A stretch of DNA of 64,000 nucleotides, taken from the NCBI GenBank assembly GCA_049840735.1, contig JASGJN010000014.1:64001-128000 (forward strand), given 5' to 3'. A program made the translations under genes and the position numbers. This stretch comes from Anaeromyxobacter sp. GTDB lineage: Bacteria; Myxococcota; Myxococcia; Myxococcales; Anaeromyxobacteraceae. The notes beneath the pieces were generated by a model that saw only the letters and a list, made by a program, of their open reading frames with translations, made no database searches and had not been told where the DNA came from. Of this stretch, positions 1-9,817 are shown one piece after another. Numbering within the stretch: position 1 is the stretch's first letter; each line of letters begins with the position of its first letter.

Positions 1-28
1 GCACCTTGGGCGGCTCCGGCTGCAGGGG
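1..28 (-). pseudogene. tnpA: continuation of the IS66 tnpA that is interrupted at 39932 (runs out of the window)
   Basis: Reverse complement cccctgcagccggagccgcccaaggtgc nearly matches the intact tnpA copy at ~51768-51795 (ccgctgcagccggagccgcccaaggtgt). Confidence 0.8.
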
Positions 29-1731
29 CAGACCCGATCCGCGCTGACGCGGGATGATCTTGGCCGGCATCACGGCGCCGCTCTCGCAGCGGCGGGACGC
101 ACGTCGCCCAAGCGGCGTCGACCGCGGGACGGGTCATGCTGTCTGCGCGCAATGAAGAAGGGGCGGCCCAGCGGGCCGGTGGTTCAGGTGACGGCGGCGG
201 CCGCCATGCCGCGGTGGTCGGCGACGCGGGCGGCGAGCAGCGCGTCGCGGAGGGTCTCGGCCGCGCGCGCCCAGGCGGTGGGACGGCCGTCCTTGCGAGG
301 CGCCAGGGCCCGCCAGGCCGTCAGGGCGTTGTAGCCGATGATCCGTAGCCAGCTGACGGTCTCGATGGCGGCCCGGTTCGCCTGGCAGGGGTGGCCATCG
401 TCCTCGCCCAGCACCACGTCCAGGGTCCAGTGGCAGCCGTTCTCGATCCCCCAGTGCAAGCGGACGAGCGCCAGTTCGTCGTCACGGGTCAGGGTCCCGG
501 CGGGGATCGAGGTGACGAAGTACCGCTGCTCGACCCCCACGATCTCGCCGCGCCGGTCGGTCGTCGTCTGGCAGACGTACCAGAGCTGCTGGGCGCCCAC
601 CATGCCGACCGACGGGCCGCCGGCGACGTCGCGGACATACAGCTCGCGCACGATGGTGTGGCCCCTGTACCGTTCGGTGGTCCGGGCGACCGGGTCACCG
701 ATCGTGTACTCACCGTGCTCGCGGGCGAAGGCGTGCAGGTACGGCTGGTTGCCCTTGAGGCCGAACAGGTACCAGCAGCCGAGCGAGTTCACGAGCTGGG
801 CGTTCTCCCGGGCGCAGAGACCAGCGTCTCCGGTGACGATGCGGAAATGCGCGCCCAGCTGCTCGCAGAGCTTGGGGAGCAGCTCCCGGAAGGCGGGGGA
901 CTCGCCCTCCTTGGAGCCGATGATCCTCTGGCCGACGCAGGGGCAGGCCGCGGAGGAAGTCAGCGCGGCGCGGAGGGCGCCGAACGTCTGCACCGACGAG
1001 CCGGCGGCGTCGTAGGCGGACTGCAGGGCGCCCGGCAGTTCCTCGCCGTCGACCCGGGACCAGGTCCCCTTGCCGTCGAAGCTCATCACGCCGATGGGGA
1101 AGCGGTCGTGCCTCACCACCTTGCGGGCGACCAGCGCCTTCGCCTGCGCGAAGACCGTCTCTTCCAGGCCGGCCGGCGACTGCTGGGCGAGCAGGCGGTA
1201 GAGGGTGGTGTCGCACGGCTTCCCCGCGACCGGGAGGCCCAGCGCTCGGCGCGCGCCCAGGCCCAGGTCAGCGAAGAAGTCCTCTGCGCGGCGCAGGGTC
1301 CGGCAGCCCACGGAGAACGCGGCCGCCAGACCGCCCAGCAGGCCCAGGTGGTCGTGGACCACCCAGGCCTCCTCGCGCGGGTCCTCGACCCCGTGGTCCC
1401 AGGGGATGTCGGCGTGCCGCAGGGCACGTCGGGCTTGTGTTTCGGTGATCGGCATGATCTCCTGCTCCTCGGCCTGCTTCTCGTTTTGCGCGAGTTCGGC
1501 CGTCTTTGGGGTGGGGGCCCGCATAGCCTCCACCCCTTCTCCATTTTGCGCGGGCGGGATGATCAACCGAGGAGCATCGCGCCGTCGATCTTCGGCGATC
1601 AGAAATCGACGCGGCGGGCGGGCGGGGCGCGCTCGCTCTACGAAACCGACCCCGATCTCGGCGCGCGCAGGAATTTCAAGCGCCGCAGGCGCGAGCGCGG
1701 TGGCGCGAGGAGTCAGCGCGAATCAGGTCTG
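29..1731 (-). mobile_element. ISAs1-family insertion sequence, copy 1 (1703 bp)
   Basis: 20-bp imperfect terminal IRs cagacccgatccgcgctgac (29-48) and gtcagcgcgaatcaggtctg (1712-1731); same length and transposase sequence as the copy at 39933-41635. Confidence 0.95.
184..1566 (-). CDS. ISAs1-family (H-repeat) DDE transposase; real start probably MPITE at ~1455
   Basis: Motifs [44 protein letters not shown]. Confidence 0.93.
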   Translation of the reverse strand: MIIPPAQNGEGVEAMRAPTPKTAELAQNEKQAEEQEIMPITETQARRALRHADIPWDHGVEDPREEAWVVHDHLGLLGGLAAAFSVGCRTLRRAEDFFADLGLGARRALGLPVAGKPCDTTLYRLLAQQSPAGLEETVFAQAKALVARKVVRHDRFPIGVMSFDGKGTWSRVDGEELPGALQSAYDAAGSSVQTFGALRAALTSSAACPCVGQRIIGSKEGESPAFRELLPKLCEQLGAHFRIVTGDAGLCARENAQLVNSLGCWYLFGLKGNQPYLHAFAREHGEYTIGDPVARTTERYRGHTIVRELYVRDVAGGPSVGMVGAQQLWYVCQTTTDRRGEIVGVEQRYFVTSIPAGTLTRDDELALVRLHWGIENGCHWTLDVVLGEDDGHPCQANRAAIETVSWLRIIGYNALTAWRALAPRKDGRPTAWARAAETLRDALLAARVADHRGMAAAAVT

Positions 1732-2813
1732 CCCCGACACCCTGGCTGCGTCGCTCCTCGGCGACCGCCATCGCCAGCTCGGGCACATCCGGCGCAATCG
1801 CTCCCCAGGAAGGATCTGCCGCTGGGAAGCACCTGCCGATCGCGGCCCCGACTGGACGGCCCGACCAGAACGCTACGAGCGCCACGTCGCCGCGTCCGAC
1901 GGGAGGTTGTACCCAGCGGGCAGCGTGCGGAAACGAGAGTGCCTCCGCAAGAGTTGGAAGGGTGCGCCCGGGCGGGAAGCAGGCGGCGATCAGCATCTCG
2001 GTCACGAACCCCTCATCCCCCGCCCGCGCAGGCCCGAACACGAGGTCACGAGGGTCGAACGCCATGCCGGAGGATAGCGCCGGTCTTCGCGGAGTCTCTA
2101 GGCGGACATCGTACTCGTCCAGGCGGCCACCGAATCGCGCCAGCACAGCATCCGTGAGCCCCACCACGAGGTCGCGAGGGAAACCGACCCTCACGCACGC
2201 AGCCACTTGGGAAGCAAGCGGAGCGTCGATTCGTTCGACAAGGCGAAGTACGTCGCGAGTTGGCGGCTGCCAGACTCTCTGAAGAGCACACGCTGCTTCG
2301 AGGCTGGCGCGAACGCACTCAGAACCGACAAGCTGGGTCGCGACATCGCTCGCGTCCAGGTCGGTAAGGTCTCGAACGAGATTCGTAAGGCGAAATCTCC
2401 AGGTGAGCTCCGCTTCCGGGGACAGCTTCGTCGGTCCGCGCCTCCAGGCCGTTGACGCGAGTTCGCAGAGCGCTCGTACCTGCTCGGTACAATCGAGAAG
2501 GACCTCACCTGTTGCGAAGGCGTGCACGACAGGCGCGAGTTCAGCTTCGAATCCGGCCCTTCATCTGGCCGACCGAGCCGAAGGACACCTCGACCAACAC
2601 CTGGTCGACGACGCGCCCGAGGTGCCGCGTGCTCTCGCGGCTCGTGATGGCGTAGACGTCCACGTCCGAGAGAGGCCTTGCTTCTCCGCGTTGGGAGGAG
2701 CCGAAGTACAGGAGCCCGATCACGTCGTCGTGCGCCGCGAGCTCAGCCGCGATGGCTTCCGCGGCGTGGCGAAAACGGGGGTCCTGTCCGGGTGACGGGG
2801 GCAACGTGGACAT
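1732..2813 (-). pseudogene. nucleotidyltransferase-domain protein reading in frame into a GNAT acetyltransferase N-terminal half; frameshift at ~2545 and cut by ISAs1
   Basis: Pol-beta NTase motif FGSSQRGEARPLSDVDV; GNAT motif A starts (ELAMAVAEERRSQGVG) and continues at 41637-41825. Confidence 0.75.
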
Positions 2814-3060
2814 GGTCGCAGGCGCGTGATCGGCGGCTCCTCGAGTAGGAGGAGCCGCCTGACTGTAGGCTACCGAGTCACGCATTCCCATGACGAACGA
2901 CAGCGTCTTCACGACTCGTCCGCGGCGGGACGGGTCGAGTACGGCGCCTGGAGCGGTGAACCCAGTCGCCGCGGAACCGGGACCCTGTCCCAGCGGCCGA
3001 AGTTAGAAGCGCACGCCGCAGCGGCGTTGATCGCACCGGCCCGGGGTTCTGGAAGGTCGT

Positions 3061-3157
3061 AACGCGTCCCAAAGCTCCGCAATGCGTCCCAGTGCTTCCC
3101 AGTGCTCCGGAACGCGCCCCAACGCTTCGCAGTGCTTCGCAACGCTTCCCAACGCGG
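3061..3157. repeat. degenerate tandem 10-bp repeat array (~9-10 units)
   Basis: aacgcgtccc aaagctccgc aatgcgtccc agtgcttccc agtgctccgg aacgcgcccc aacgcttcgc agtgcttcgc aacgcttccc. Confidence 0.8.
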
Positions 3158-3332
3158 ATGGGAGACGTGCGCTAGCTCTGAAAGTGACGCCTCGCGAATC
3201 CCTGATCAGCTCCGACCGGTTTCGAATAGGACCAACTGTGAAACAGCAGGAGGCCGGATGGTGGGTAGACTGTTGGTATCACACGTCAAACGCCGGCCGC
3301 CCAGACGGGAACGCGAGGGTGGGAAACGGGTC

Positions 3333-3387
3333 GCAAATTTCCCCCTCCCTCCCCCTCAACGACAGTGGGAGGGAGGGGGAACTTTGC
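3333..3387. repeat. 21-bp inverted repeat / hairpin with 13-nt loop
   Basis: gcaaatttccccctccctccc ... gggagggagggggaactttgc, 20/21 complementary. Confidence 0.85.
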
Positions 3388-3674
3388 TTCTTCCAGGAAG
3401 AAGAGGCAGGGGCGGCCGGAGATTTTCAGAAGCCAGAGGAAGGGACCCAAGGCTGAGAATTGAAGGAGAGGAAGTTGAGTCAGGAGTGAGACTGGAAATC
3501 GGAAACAAGGGGACAGGGTAGAAGTTCAGAAACAGACCAGAGGACCAGATGCAGGTCGTCCGCGCGAGGAAAGGAGGCGAAGGAGTAGCGTTGTTCGAGC
3601 ACCACGAAGCGGGAGACGCCGGGAGAGCAGAGCCGGGCTCGAACGGGCCGACACTGTGACGTTGGGAGGACCCC

Positions 3675-3860
3675 ATGACGAGGGCGGAGGCCGAGGAGGC
3701 GCTGAGAAGGGCCGAGGGAAGTCTGGCGATCGATGGGCTCCAGCTGACCGGCGAAGAGCGTGAGCAGGTCCTCTTGTGCCTGTGCGGGAAGAGCACTGAG
3801 GAGGAGCTGGTCGCTTGGTTGGTCAACCGTGTCAGCGAGGCGGCGACGAAAGAGTCGTAG
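3675..3860 (+). CDS. small VbhA-like (Fic) antitoxin protein
   Basis: GGAGGA RBS; 61 aa with AEGSLAIDGL resembling the (S/T)xxxE(G/N) inhibitory helix, followed by G...TEEELV. Confidence 0.55.
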   Translation: MTRAEAEEALRRAEGSLAIDGLQLTGEEREQVLLCLCGKSTEEELVAWLVNRVSEAATKES

Positions 3861-4145
3861 AGGTGCGCGCCAAGGAGCGGTGTTGGAACGGGCGGCCTGC
3901 GTGTTGATGCTCACCAGGATCCGCGCATTTCTGGACTCCCCGCCGTCGGAGGATCAGCCGGAAACTGGCAGTGACGGTCAGGCGCGGGTAGCCAGGCAGC
4001 AGCAGGGCGAAGGAGTGAGGGCCCGGAGTTAGCGCTCCGAGCCCTCGGCCGGTTCAGGCAGGGCGCCTGTGATCCAGCAGCACCGTGATCGCACGTGCCA
4101 GGTTGCCGGTCCAGTCCCCGCCCTCGTTGAGGGCGCCTGGAATCC

Positions 4146-4613
4146 TTGCGGTTCGTGGCCTGCGCGCGGCCGGCGTGCGGTCAGGTCTTCTTCCTCTGCC
4201 GGCACTGTGATCACGGGCACCGCTACTGCGGGTCGGCCTGCGCGGCGGCGGCGCGCCGGGTGAGCTTGCTCGCGGCCGGGCGCCGCTACCAGGCGAGCCG
4301 TGAGGGTCGGCTCGGCCATGCCGAGCGGCAGCGTCGATATCGAGAGCGGTGCGAGAAGGTGACGCATCACGGTCGCGAGGGGCGGACCTCCTCCGCGATG
4401 GTGCGCCCCTCGCCGGCGGTCAGCGCCACGGTGGCGCCACGACCGGCCGGCTCCGAGGTCACCGCTCATGCTCGTTCGCACGCTCCGTCGCGGGCGCAGC
4501 GGCTCTGCTGCGTACGCTGCGGCGTCCAGGGCCGCTACGTCCGCCACGACACCCTCGCCCGCGTCGGCCACCCCCAGCACCAGCGGCGCTTCCGGTCCCG
4601 GGCGCCGCGGTGA
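4146..4613 (+). CDS. Cys-rich putative Zn-binding protein upstream of istA
   Basis: CxxxxC..CxxC..YCxxxC pattern; ends 9 bp before istA; inside the IS ends. Confidence 0.6.
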   Translation: MRFVACARPACGQVFFLCRHCDHGHRYCGSACAAAARRVSLLAAGRRYQASREGRLGHAERQRRYRERCEKVTHHGREGRTSSAMVRPSPAVSATVAPRPAGSEVTAHARSHAPSRAQRLCCVRCGVQGRYVRHDTLARVGHPQHQRRFRSRAPR

Positions 4614-4622
4614 GGTGCGTCC

Positions 4623-6121
4623 GTGATCCCGCCGGAGCTGCGCGCGCGGATCCGGCGCCTCTTCTTCGCCGAGCACTGGAAGGTGGGCACCATCGCCGCC
4701 GAGCTGGGCGTCCACCACGAGACGGTGATGCGCGCCATCGAGGCTGACCGGTTCGTCCGCCCGGACGCACTCGTGCGGCGGTCCCTGCTCGATCCCTACG
4801 CGCGTTCGTCACCGACACGCTGGAGCAGCATCCGCGACTGCGGGCCACGCGGCTCTTCGAGATGATCCGGGACCGCGGCTACCAGGGCTCGGCCGTGCAA
4901 CTCCGCCGGTACGTGGCCACCATCCGGCCCGCGCCGCGGAGCGAGGCGTACCTTCGCCTGCAGACCCTGCCGGGCGAGCAGGCCCAGGTGGACTGGGGGC
5001 ACTTCGGATCGATCCGGATCGGCCACGCCAAGCGGAGCCTGTCGTGCTTCGTGATGGTCCTCTCGTGGTCCAGGGCGATGTTCGCCCGGTTCGGCCTCGA
5101 CCAGACGCTGGAGACGTTCCTGCGCGGCCACGTCGAGGCGTTCACCGCGCTCGGCGGCGTGCCGAGGGCGATCCTCTACGACAACCTGAAGAGCGTCGTC
5201 CTGGAGCGGGCCGGCGATCACATCCGCTTCCATGAGCCGATGCTGTTCTTCGCCGGCCACTATCACTTCGCCCCCAAGCCCTGCGCGCCTTACCGCGGCA
5301 ACGAGAAGGGCAAGGTCGAGCGCACCATCCAGTACCTCCGCGACGGCTTCTTCGCTGCCCGGCGGTACTCCTCGGTCCAGGACCTCAACGCGCAGCTCCG
5401 CGCCTGGATCGACCGAACCGCCCACGCGCGCAAGGTCCCTGGCGATCCCGAGGGCCGGCTCGTCAGCGACGCGCTCGAGGAGGAGCGCCCGCGCTTGCTG
5501 CCGCTCCCCGAGCATCCCTGGGAGTGCCGCGTCGTCCGGTCGGTCGTCTCCGGCAAGCAGCCCTACATCCGCTTCGACCGCAACGACTACTCGATCCCGC
5601 ACTACCTCGTCGGCAAGCCGCTCGTCCTCACCGCCACCGAGGAGGAGGTCCGGATCACCAACGGCTCGTACGTCTTCGCCTCCCACGCGCGCAGCTACGA
5701 CGAGAAGCAGGTGATCGAGGACCCGGCGCACATCGAGGAGCTCGCCCGCGAGAAGCGGCGCGCCCACGAGCTGCGTGGCCGGGACCGACTGCGGGCCTCG
5801 TGCCCGAGCGCGGATGCCTTCGTCGAGGCGCTGGCCCAGCGCGGAGAGCACCTCGGCGGCCAGGTCTCACGGCTGCTCAAGCTCCTCGACCGGGTCGGTC
5901 CCGCCGAGCTGGAGATCGCCCTCAAGGACGCGCTCGCCCGCGGGGCGGTCGGCGCCGCCTCCGTCGCCCACGTCCTCGACCAGCGGGCACGAGCGCGGAA
6001 GGCGGCGCCCGCCCTCGACGTCGTCCTCCCCGACGATCCCCGCGTGCGCGACCTGCGCGTCACCCCCCACGCCCTCGACACGTACGACGCCCTCGCCAAG
6101 CCCACCAAGGAGAAGCCGTGA
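4623..6121 (+). CDS. istA: IS21 transposase IstA (frameshift at ~4800-4860)
   Basis: N-terminal HTH ([12 protein letters not shown]); [34 protein letters not shown]. Confidence 0.92.
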
Positions 6122-6895
6122 CCACCGACATCAAGGACCAGCTCCGCTCGCTCGGCCTGCGGCACACGGCCGACACCCTCGACGACGTCATCGCCCTCGC
6201 CACGAAGAGGCGCTGGGGCGCCCAGCAGCTCTTCGAGCACGTCGCCCGCATCGAGGCCGAGGACCGCGCGCGGCGCGGCCTCGAGCGTCGCCTCGGCCGC
6301 TCCAAGCTGGGCCGCTTCAAGATCATGGCCGACTTCGACTGGTCCTGGCCCAAGCAGATCGACCGGGACGCCGTCGAGGCCGCCGTCCGCCTCGACTTCC
6401 TCGAGAAGGCCCACAACGTCGTTCTCGTCGCGCCCCAGGGCCTCGGCAAGACGATGATCGCCCAGAACATCGCGCATGCCGCCGTGCTGACTGGCCACTC
6501 CGTGCTCTTCACGACCGCCGCTCAGATGCTGCTCGACCTCGGAGCCCAGGACTCCGCCCGCGCCCTCGACCAGCGGCTGCGCCACTACTGCACCCGCACC
6601 GGCCTGCTCGTCATCGACGAGATCGGCTACCTCTCCTACGACAACCGGAACGCCGACCTGCTCTTCCAAGTCGTCTCTCGCCGCTACGAGCGTAAGAGCA
6701 TCGTACTCACCACCAATCTCGCCTTCTCCGACTGGCCGACCATCTTCCCCAACGCCGCCTGCACCACCGCCCTCATCGACCGTCTCGTCCACCACTCCGA
6801 GAATCATCAGCATCGAGGGCGAGAGCTACCGCAAACGCGAGGCGGCGGAGGCCAAGGAAGCGACGGCGACCCGGCGGCGCAAGAAGCGGCCGTGA
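6118..6895 (+). CDS. istB: IS21 ATP-binding helper IstB (frameshift at ~6800)
   Basis: Overlaps the istA stop; DFDWSW, PQGLGKT, LLVIDEIGY, TTNLAFSDW, ALIDRLVHH, IEGESYR. Confidence 0.92.
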
Positions 6896-6973
6896 CGCGA
6901 ACAGGGCGTACCCTGGCCAGATGTGGCATCGTTCGCCCGAGCGACTCCCGCGACACAGACGTCCAGGGCAACT

Positions 6974-7291
6974 ATGGACCGCAACGTCATACTTCCAGAT
7001 GGGTGGACGAGCGTCGGATCTCTCCCCGAGTACGACCCCGCTCTCTCCGCGGCGACACCGGACCAGCGCTGGTCACTGAAGGAAGATATCTGGCAGGCCA
7101 GCAGCGCGGATGGGCGCTGTTCGGTGGACGTCGGGTGGTACCCAGAGTTCGAAGCCTCGGGCCAGTTCGTGTGCCTCGTCGTTGAGGACGGCACCTGGGA
7201 TAACCCCGCGGAGCGCCTCGAAACGAGAAGCGCCGCTGAAGTCATCGAGTGGGTCCGTTCCGTCCTCCCTCGGTTCGCAGTTCGCCGATAG
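6974..7291 (+). CDS. hypothetical protein, possibly immunity-like; IS21 passenger
   Basis: ~105-aa ORF with EDIWQ..VDVGWYPEFE..GQF, located inside the right IR. Confidence 0.55.
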   Translation: MDRNVILPDGWTSVGSLPEYDPALSAATPDQRWSLKEDIWQASSADGRCSVDVGWYPEFEASGQFVCLVVEDGTWDNPAERLETRSAAEVIEWVRSVLPRFAVRR

Positions 7292-7396
7292 AGGCAGATC
7301 GCGACCTAGCCATCTCGGTCCGATACGGCCGTCGGCAAGTTCAGAAATCCGCGGTTCTTCGCGAGCGCCAACAGCCTGCGTGCACCAAGGCGGTCG

Positions 7397-7684
7397 TCAC
7401 CGCGGCTTTCCTGCCCGCCTGTCCCAGCGCCGCACCGAGAGCACCCGACCAAGGTGAAGTCGGTACTCGCCCGCACGAGCGTGTCGAGTCACCCGCGTTA
7501 CCAGAACCACAGCTTCAGGGACGGGGGGCGTCATCCCGTTGAGAAGGCGAAGTCGGAAGGGCGTCGTCAGAGGTTCGATGCGCCGTGCCCAGTACGGCTT
7601 CAGTTCGCGGTACTCGATTCGCTTGGTGCCAGCCACGATCGCGGCGAAGTACTGCCGCTCGATGTTCATCGTCAGCGTTTCCAT
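7397..7684 (-). CDS. ASCH (PUA-like) domain protein
   Basis: LTMNIERQYFAAIVAGTKRIEYR matches the ASCH GxKxxExR signature. Confidence 0.8.
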   Translation of the reverse strand: METLTMNIERQYFAAIVAGTKRIEYRELKPYWARRIEPLTTPFRLRLLNGMTPPVPEAVVLVTRVTRHARAGEYRLHLGRVLSVRRWDRRAGKPR

Positions 7685-7800
7685 AGGTCCTCGCAGCGTG
7701 CCAGGACGGCGCCGGTGCGGCCCTGCTTCTGCTCCGCTCCCGCTTCGAGGCGAACTTCTGCCCAGCGCGGAATTCCGACACGGCCCTGCGGCCGACACGG

Positions 7801-8436
7801 TCACGGCTCCCGGGCATACAGCGCCAGGACGTTGATAGAAGGCTTTTCCAGCGTCCGGCCGCGCAGATGCTGCACCTGCCAGAGGCCGCTCTCCCTGATG
7901 CCGGCCAGCGGTGAGTGGCGTCCGAGCCAATCCGCGGAGGCGTGGCAGCCGGCGCAGGTTGCTACGGTCGCGATGGACGGCTTCTCCAGCCGGAGAGCGG
8001 TTTCGGGATCGGGTGCGCCCACGACGCAGAATGTGAGGTTCGTGCGGATGTGCTTCGTTACCGCGTCTTCCACGCTGGACTGCTTGGCCATGTCGATCCG
8101 GGCTTCGTGCTGCGCCCGGGCGTCGTGGCTGGTCAGGTCGAGATCCCAGTCGGCGAGGAACGGGTCGCCAGCCTTCGCCAGCAGTGCGCGCCCGATGTTC
8201 TTCCGGAAGATGCTTCGGTCCTTGTTGGGATTCACGTGCTCGCGCAGCCGCGCCAACAGGTTCCCGCGCCCGGTGTGGCTGCCAATCCTTACGATGCGGT
8301 CGCCGCCATGGCCCTGCTCACCCCGCTCGAAGATGAAGTACAGGCCGTTGGCCGGCACCTTCCTGTCAGGCGGTGGGAACTCGAAGCGGGCGAGGTCCCT
8401 CACGATGGCGTGCAGCTCCGCGCAGGTCTGGTCCAT
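7801..8436 (-). CDS. GIY-YIG-like nuclease
   Basis: NGLYFIFE...IVRIGSH...NLLARLREH, later LRLEK. Confidence 0.65.
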   Translation of the reverse strand: MDQTCAELHAIVRDLARFEFPPPDRKVPANGLYFIFERGEQGHGGDRIVRIGSHTGRGNLLARLREHVNPNKDRSIFRKNIGRALLAKAGDPFLADWDLDLTSHDARAQHEARIDMAKQSSVEDAVTKHIRTNLTFCVVGAPDPETALRLEKPSIATVATCAGCHASADWLGRHSPLAGIRESGLWQVQHLRGRTLEKPSINVLALYAREP

Positions 8437-8442
8437 GGTGGG

Positions 8443-9123
8443 TCACCCAAGCCTTTCGAGGAATGCGGAGTCTTCGCACAGGCGCTCGGCGCATCCGTAG
8501 TGCCAGTTCGTCTTCGCGGTGGTTCGGTAGGGGACGAGCCGGACTGGGCCGGATTCGCTCGCGCGCGTGACGCGGTCGCTGGGCTCACAGCGGAACGGAA
8601 CGATCACCGGCCCCTTCACCGAACGCACGAGCGTTGTGAAGAGAGGCAAGTAGTCTCTCCCACCGAGGAACACCACGGGACCGTCGGGAACGGCGGGAAG
8701 CTGGTTGAAGTCGGCGTAGTGGTCGCCCGGCAGGCGTCTCTTGTACGGCTCGGCCTGCTTCGAGAACGTGATGTCGTACCGAGGAAGTCGGTAGTCGGAG
8801 CGAACAAGGCCCCAGCCGGCGGAGAGTATGAACATGCGCTCGACGCCGAAACGCCTGGCCAAGCGAGAGAAGGCTAGCGGCTGGTAGAGCTCGAAGGCGC
8901 GGCAGAGCCTTTCATTCTCCCGCGAGGAGTTGGCCTCCTCCAGCTGGCGGCGCCAGGTCGCTCCAGCGACATCCGAAGGGTCGTCAGGCCGAGCCCACAC
9001 GACGCCCATGCCCGTGGGGGCGGATTCGGGGCGCGCAACGAATATGACAGGCGCCCCGCTGGTCATCGACAGGCAGCCCGCGTTTGGCTGCTTGGTGGAA
9101 GCGCACTGAATGACGACGAGCAT
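8443..9123 (-). CDS. DUF6884 / YaaA-like protein
   Basis: VIQCASTK...AFELY...FILSAGWGLV...PRYDITF...FLGGRDY. Confidence 0.65.
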   Translation of the reverse strand: MLVVIQCASTKQPNAGCLSMTSGAPVIFVARPESAPTGMGVVWARPDDPSDVAGATWRRQLEEANSSRENERLCRAFELYQPLAFSRLARRFGVERMFILSAGWGLVRSDYRLPRYDITFSKQAEPYKRRLPGDHYADFNQLPAVPDGPVVFLGGRDYLPLFTTLVRSVKGPVIVPFRCEPSDRVTRASESGPVRLVPYRTTAKTNWHYGCAERLCEDSAFLERLG

Positions 9124-9426
9124 CGGCCCCTCCCGATCCGCACCAGCGATGGTAGCTCCCCTGCGGACACGTTCTGGCCGAGGGCGATCGGCATCCCCTG
9201 GGACGGTAGCGTGTCATCGGACCATGCAGCACCGCGAACTGTAGCTCTTGCCAGCATCCTGCGGGGCTACGCCGCCGCAGGACCGCGGAGCGGCGCGAAG
9301 GAGGCAGGGCAAACCCCTGTTGCCGCGGGGAGTGCGTGAGACCTGCGGTCCGGCGTGCTTCTCGTCGGATCGGGGGAGTACGCCTCGACCGCTGTCGCGG
9401 AACCGCGCAGCTTGCCGTGAGCGCAG

Positions 9427-9720
9427 CTACTGCCTGGACGTGCGCGGCGAGGTGGCCAGCCTGCGCGGACGCCCTGGGGTCCGAGCTGGCCGCGCGGCGG
9501 GCCGCAGCAGCCTAGCGGGAGTCACGCCGAGCGAGTCCGCCAGGTGCGCCAAGGTTTCGAGCCTCATGTTGACGCTGGCTCTCTCGATTCGCTGGATGTA
9601 GCGCGCGTCGAGCCCAGCTCGCTCGGCCAGCGCTTCCTGCGTCAGACCGAGGCTCTTCCGCAGTCGGCGGACGTTCCCCGCAACGGAGTCGAGTAGGGGC
9701 TGAAAGGCGGACGCGGCCAC
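9427..9720 (-). CDS. XRE-family HTH transcriptional regulator
   Basis: NVRRLRKSLGLTQEALAERAGLDARYIQRIER. Confidence 0.85.
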   Translation of the reverse strand: MAASAFQPLLDSVAGNVRRLRKSLGLTQEALAERAGLDARYIQRIERASVNMRLETLAHLADSLGVTPARLLRPAARPARTPGRPRRLATSPRTSRQ

Positions 9721-9817
9721 GCCTCAGCGGGTACCCCCAGGCTGCTCGCGATAACACGGTAGGAACGGCTGTGTTACTGTTTAGCGCGCGCACTCGCGCT
9801 TTCCGTGTGAGGTCCCG

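Larger units (their letters stand above)
3902..7373 (+). mobile_element. IS21-family element with passenger ORFs (3472 bp)
   Basis: TGT..ACA ends; imperfect IRs tgttgatgctcaccaggatccgcgcatttctggact vs revcomp tgttggcgctcgcgaagaaccgcggatttctgaact; 7-bp target duplication GCCTGCG (3895-3901, 7374-7380). Confidence 0.92.

Noticed and set aside
391..2157. long ORFs antisense to transposases and helicases (391-2157, 14900-16585, 39483-41273, 17291-18829, 25851-27698)
   Set aside because: Shadow ORFs typical of high-GC coding DNA; they have no motifs and several cross IS boundaries
3061..3157. CRISPR array
   Set aside because: 10-bp degenerate units with no spacers, and no cas genes in the window
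4790..4865. programmed frameshift in istA
   Set aside because: No slippery heptamer seen, and similar indels occur throughout the window
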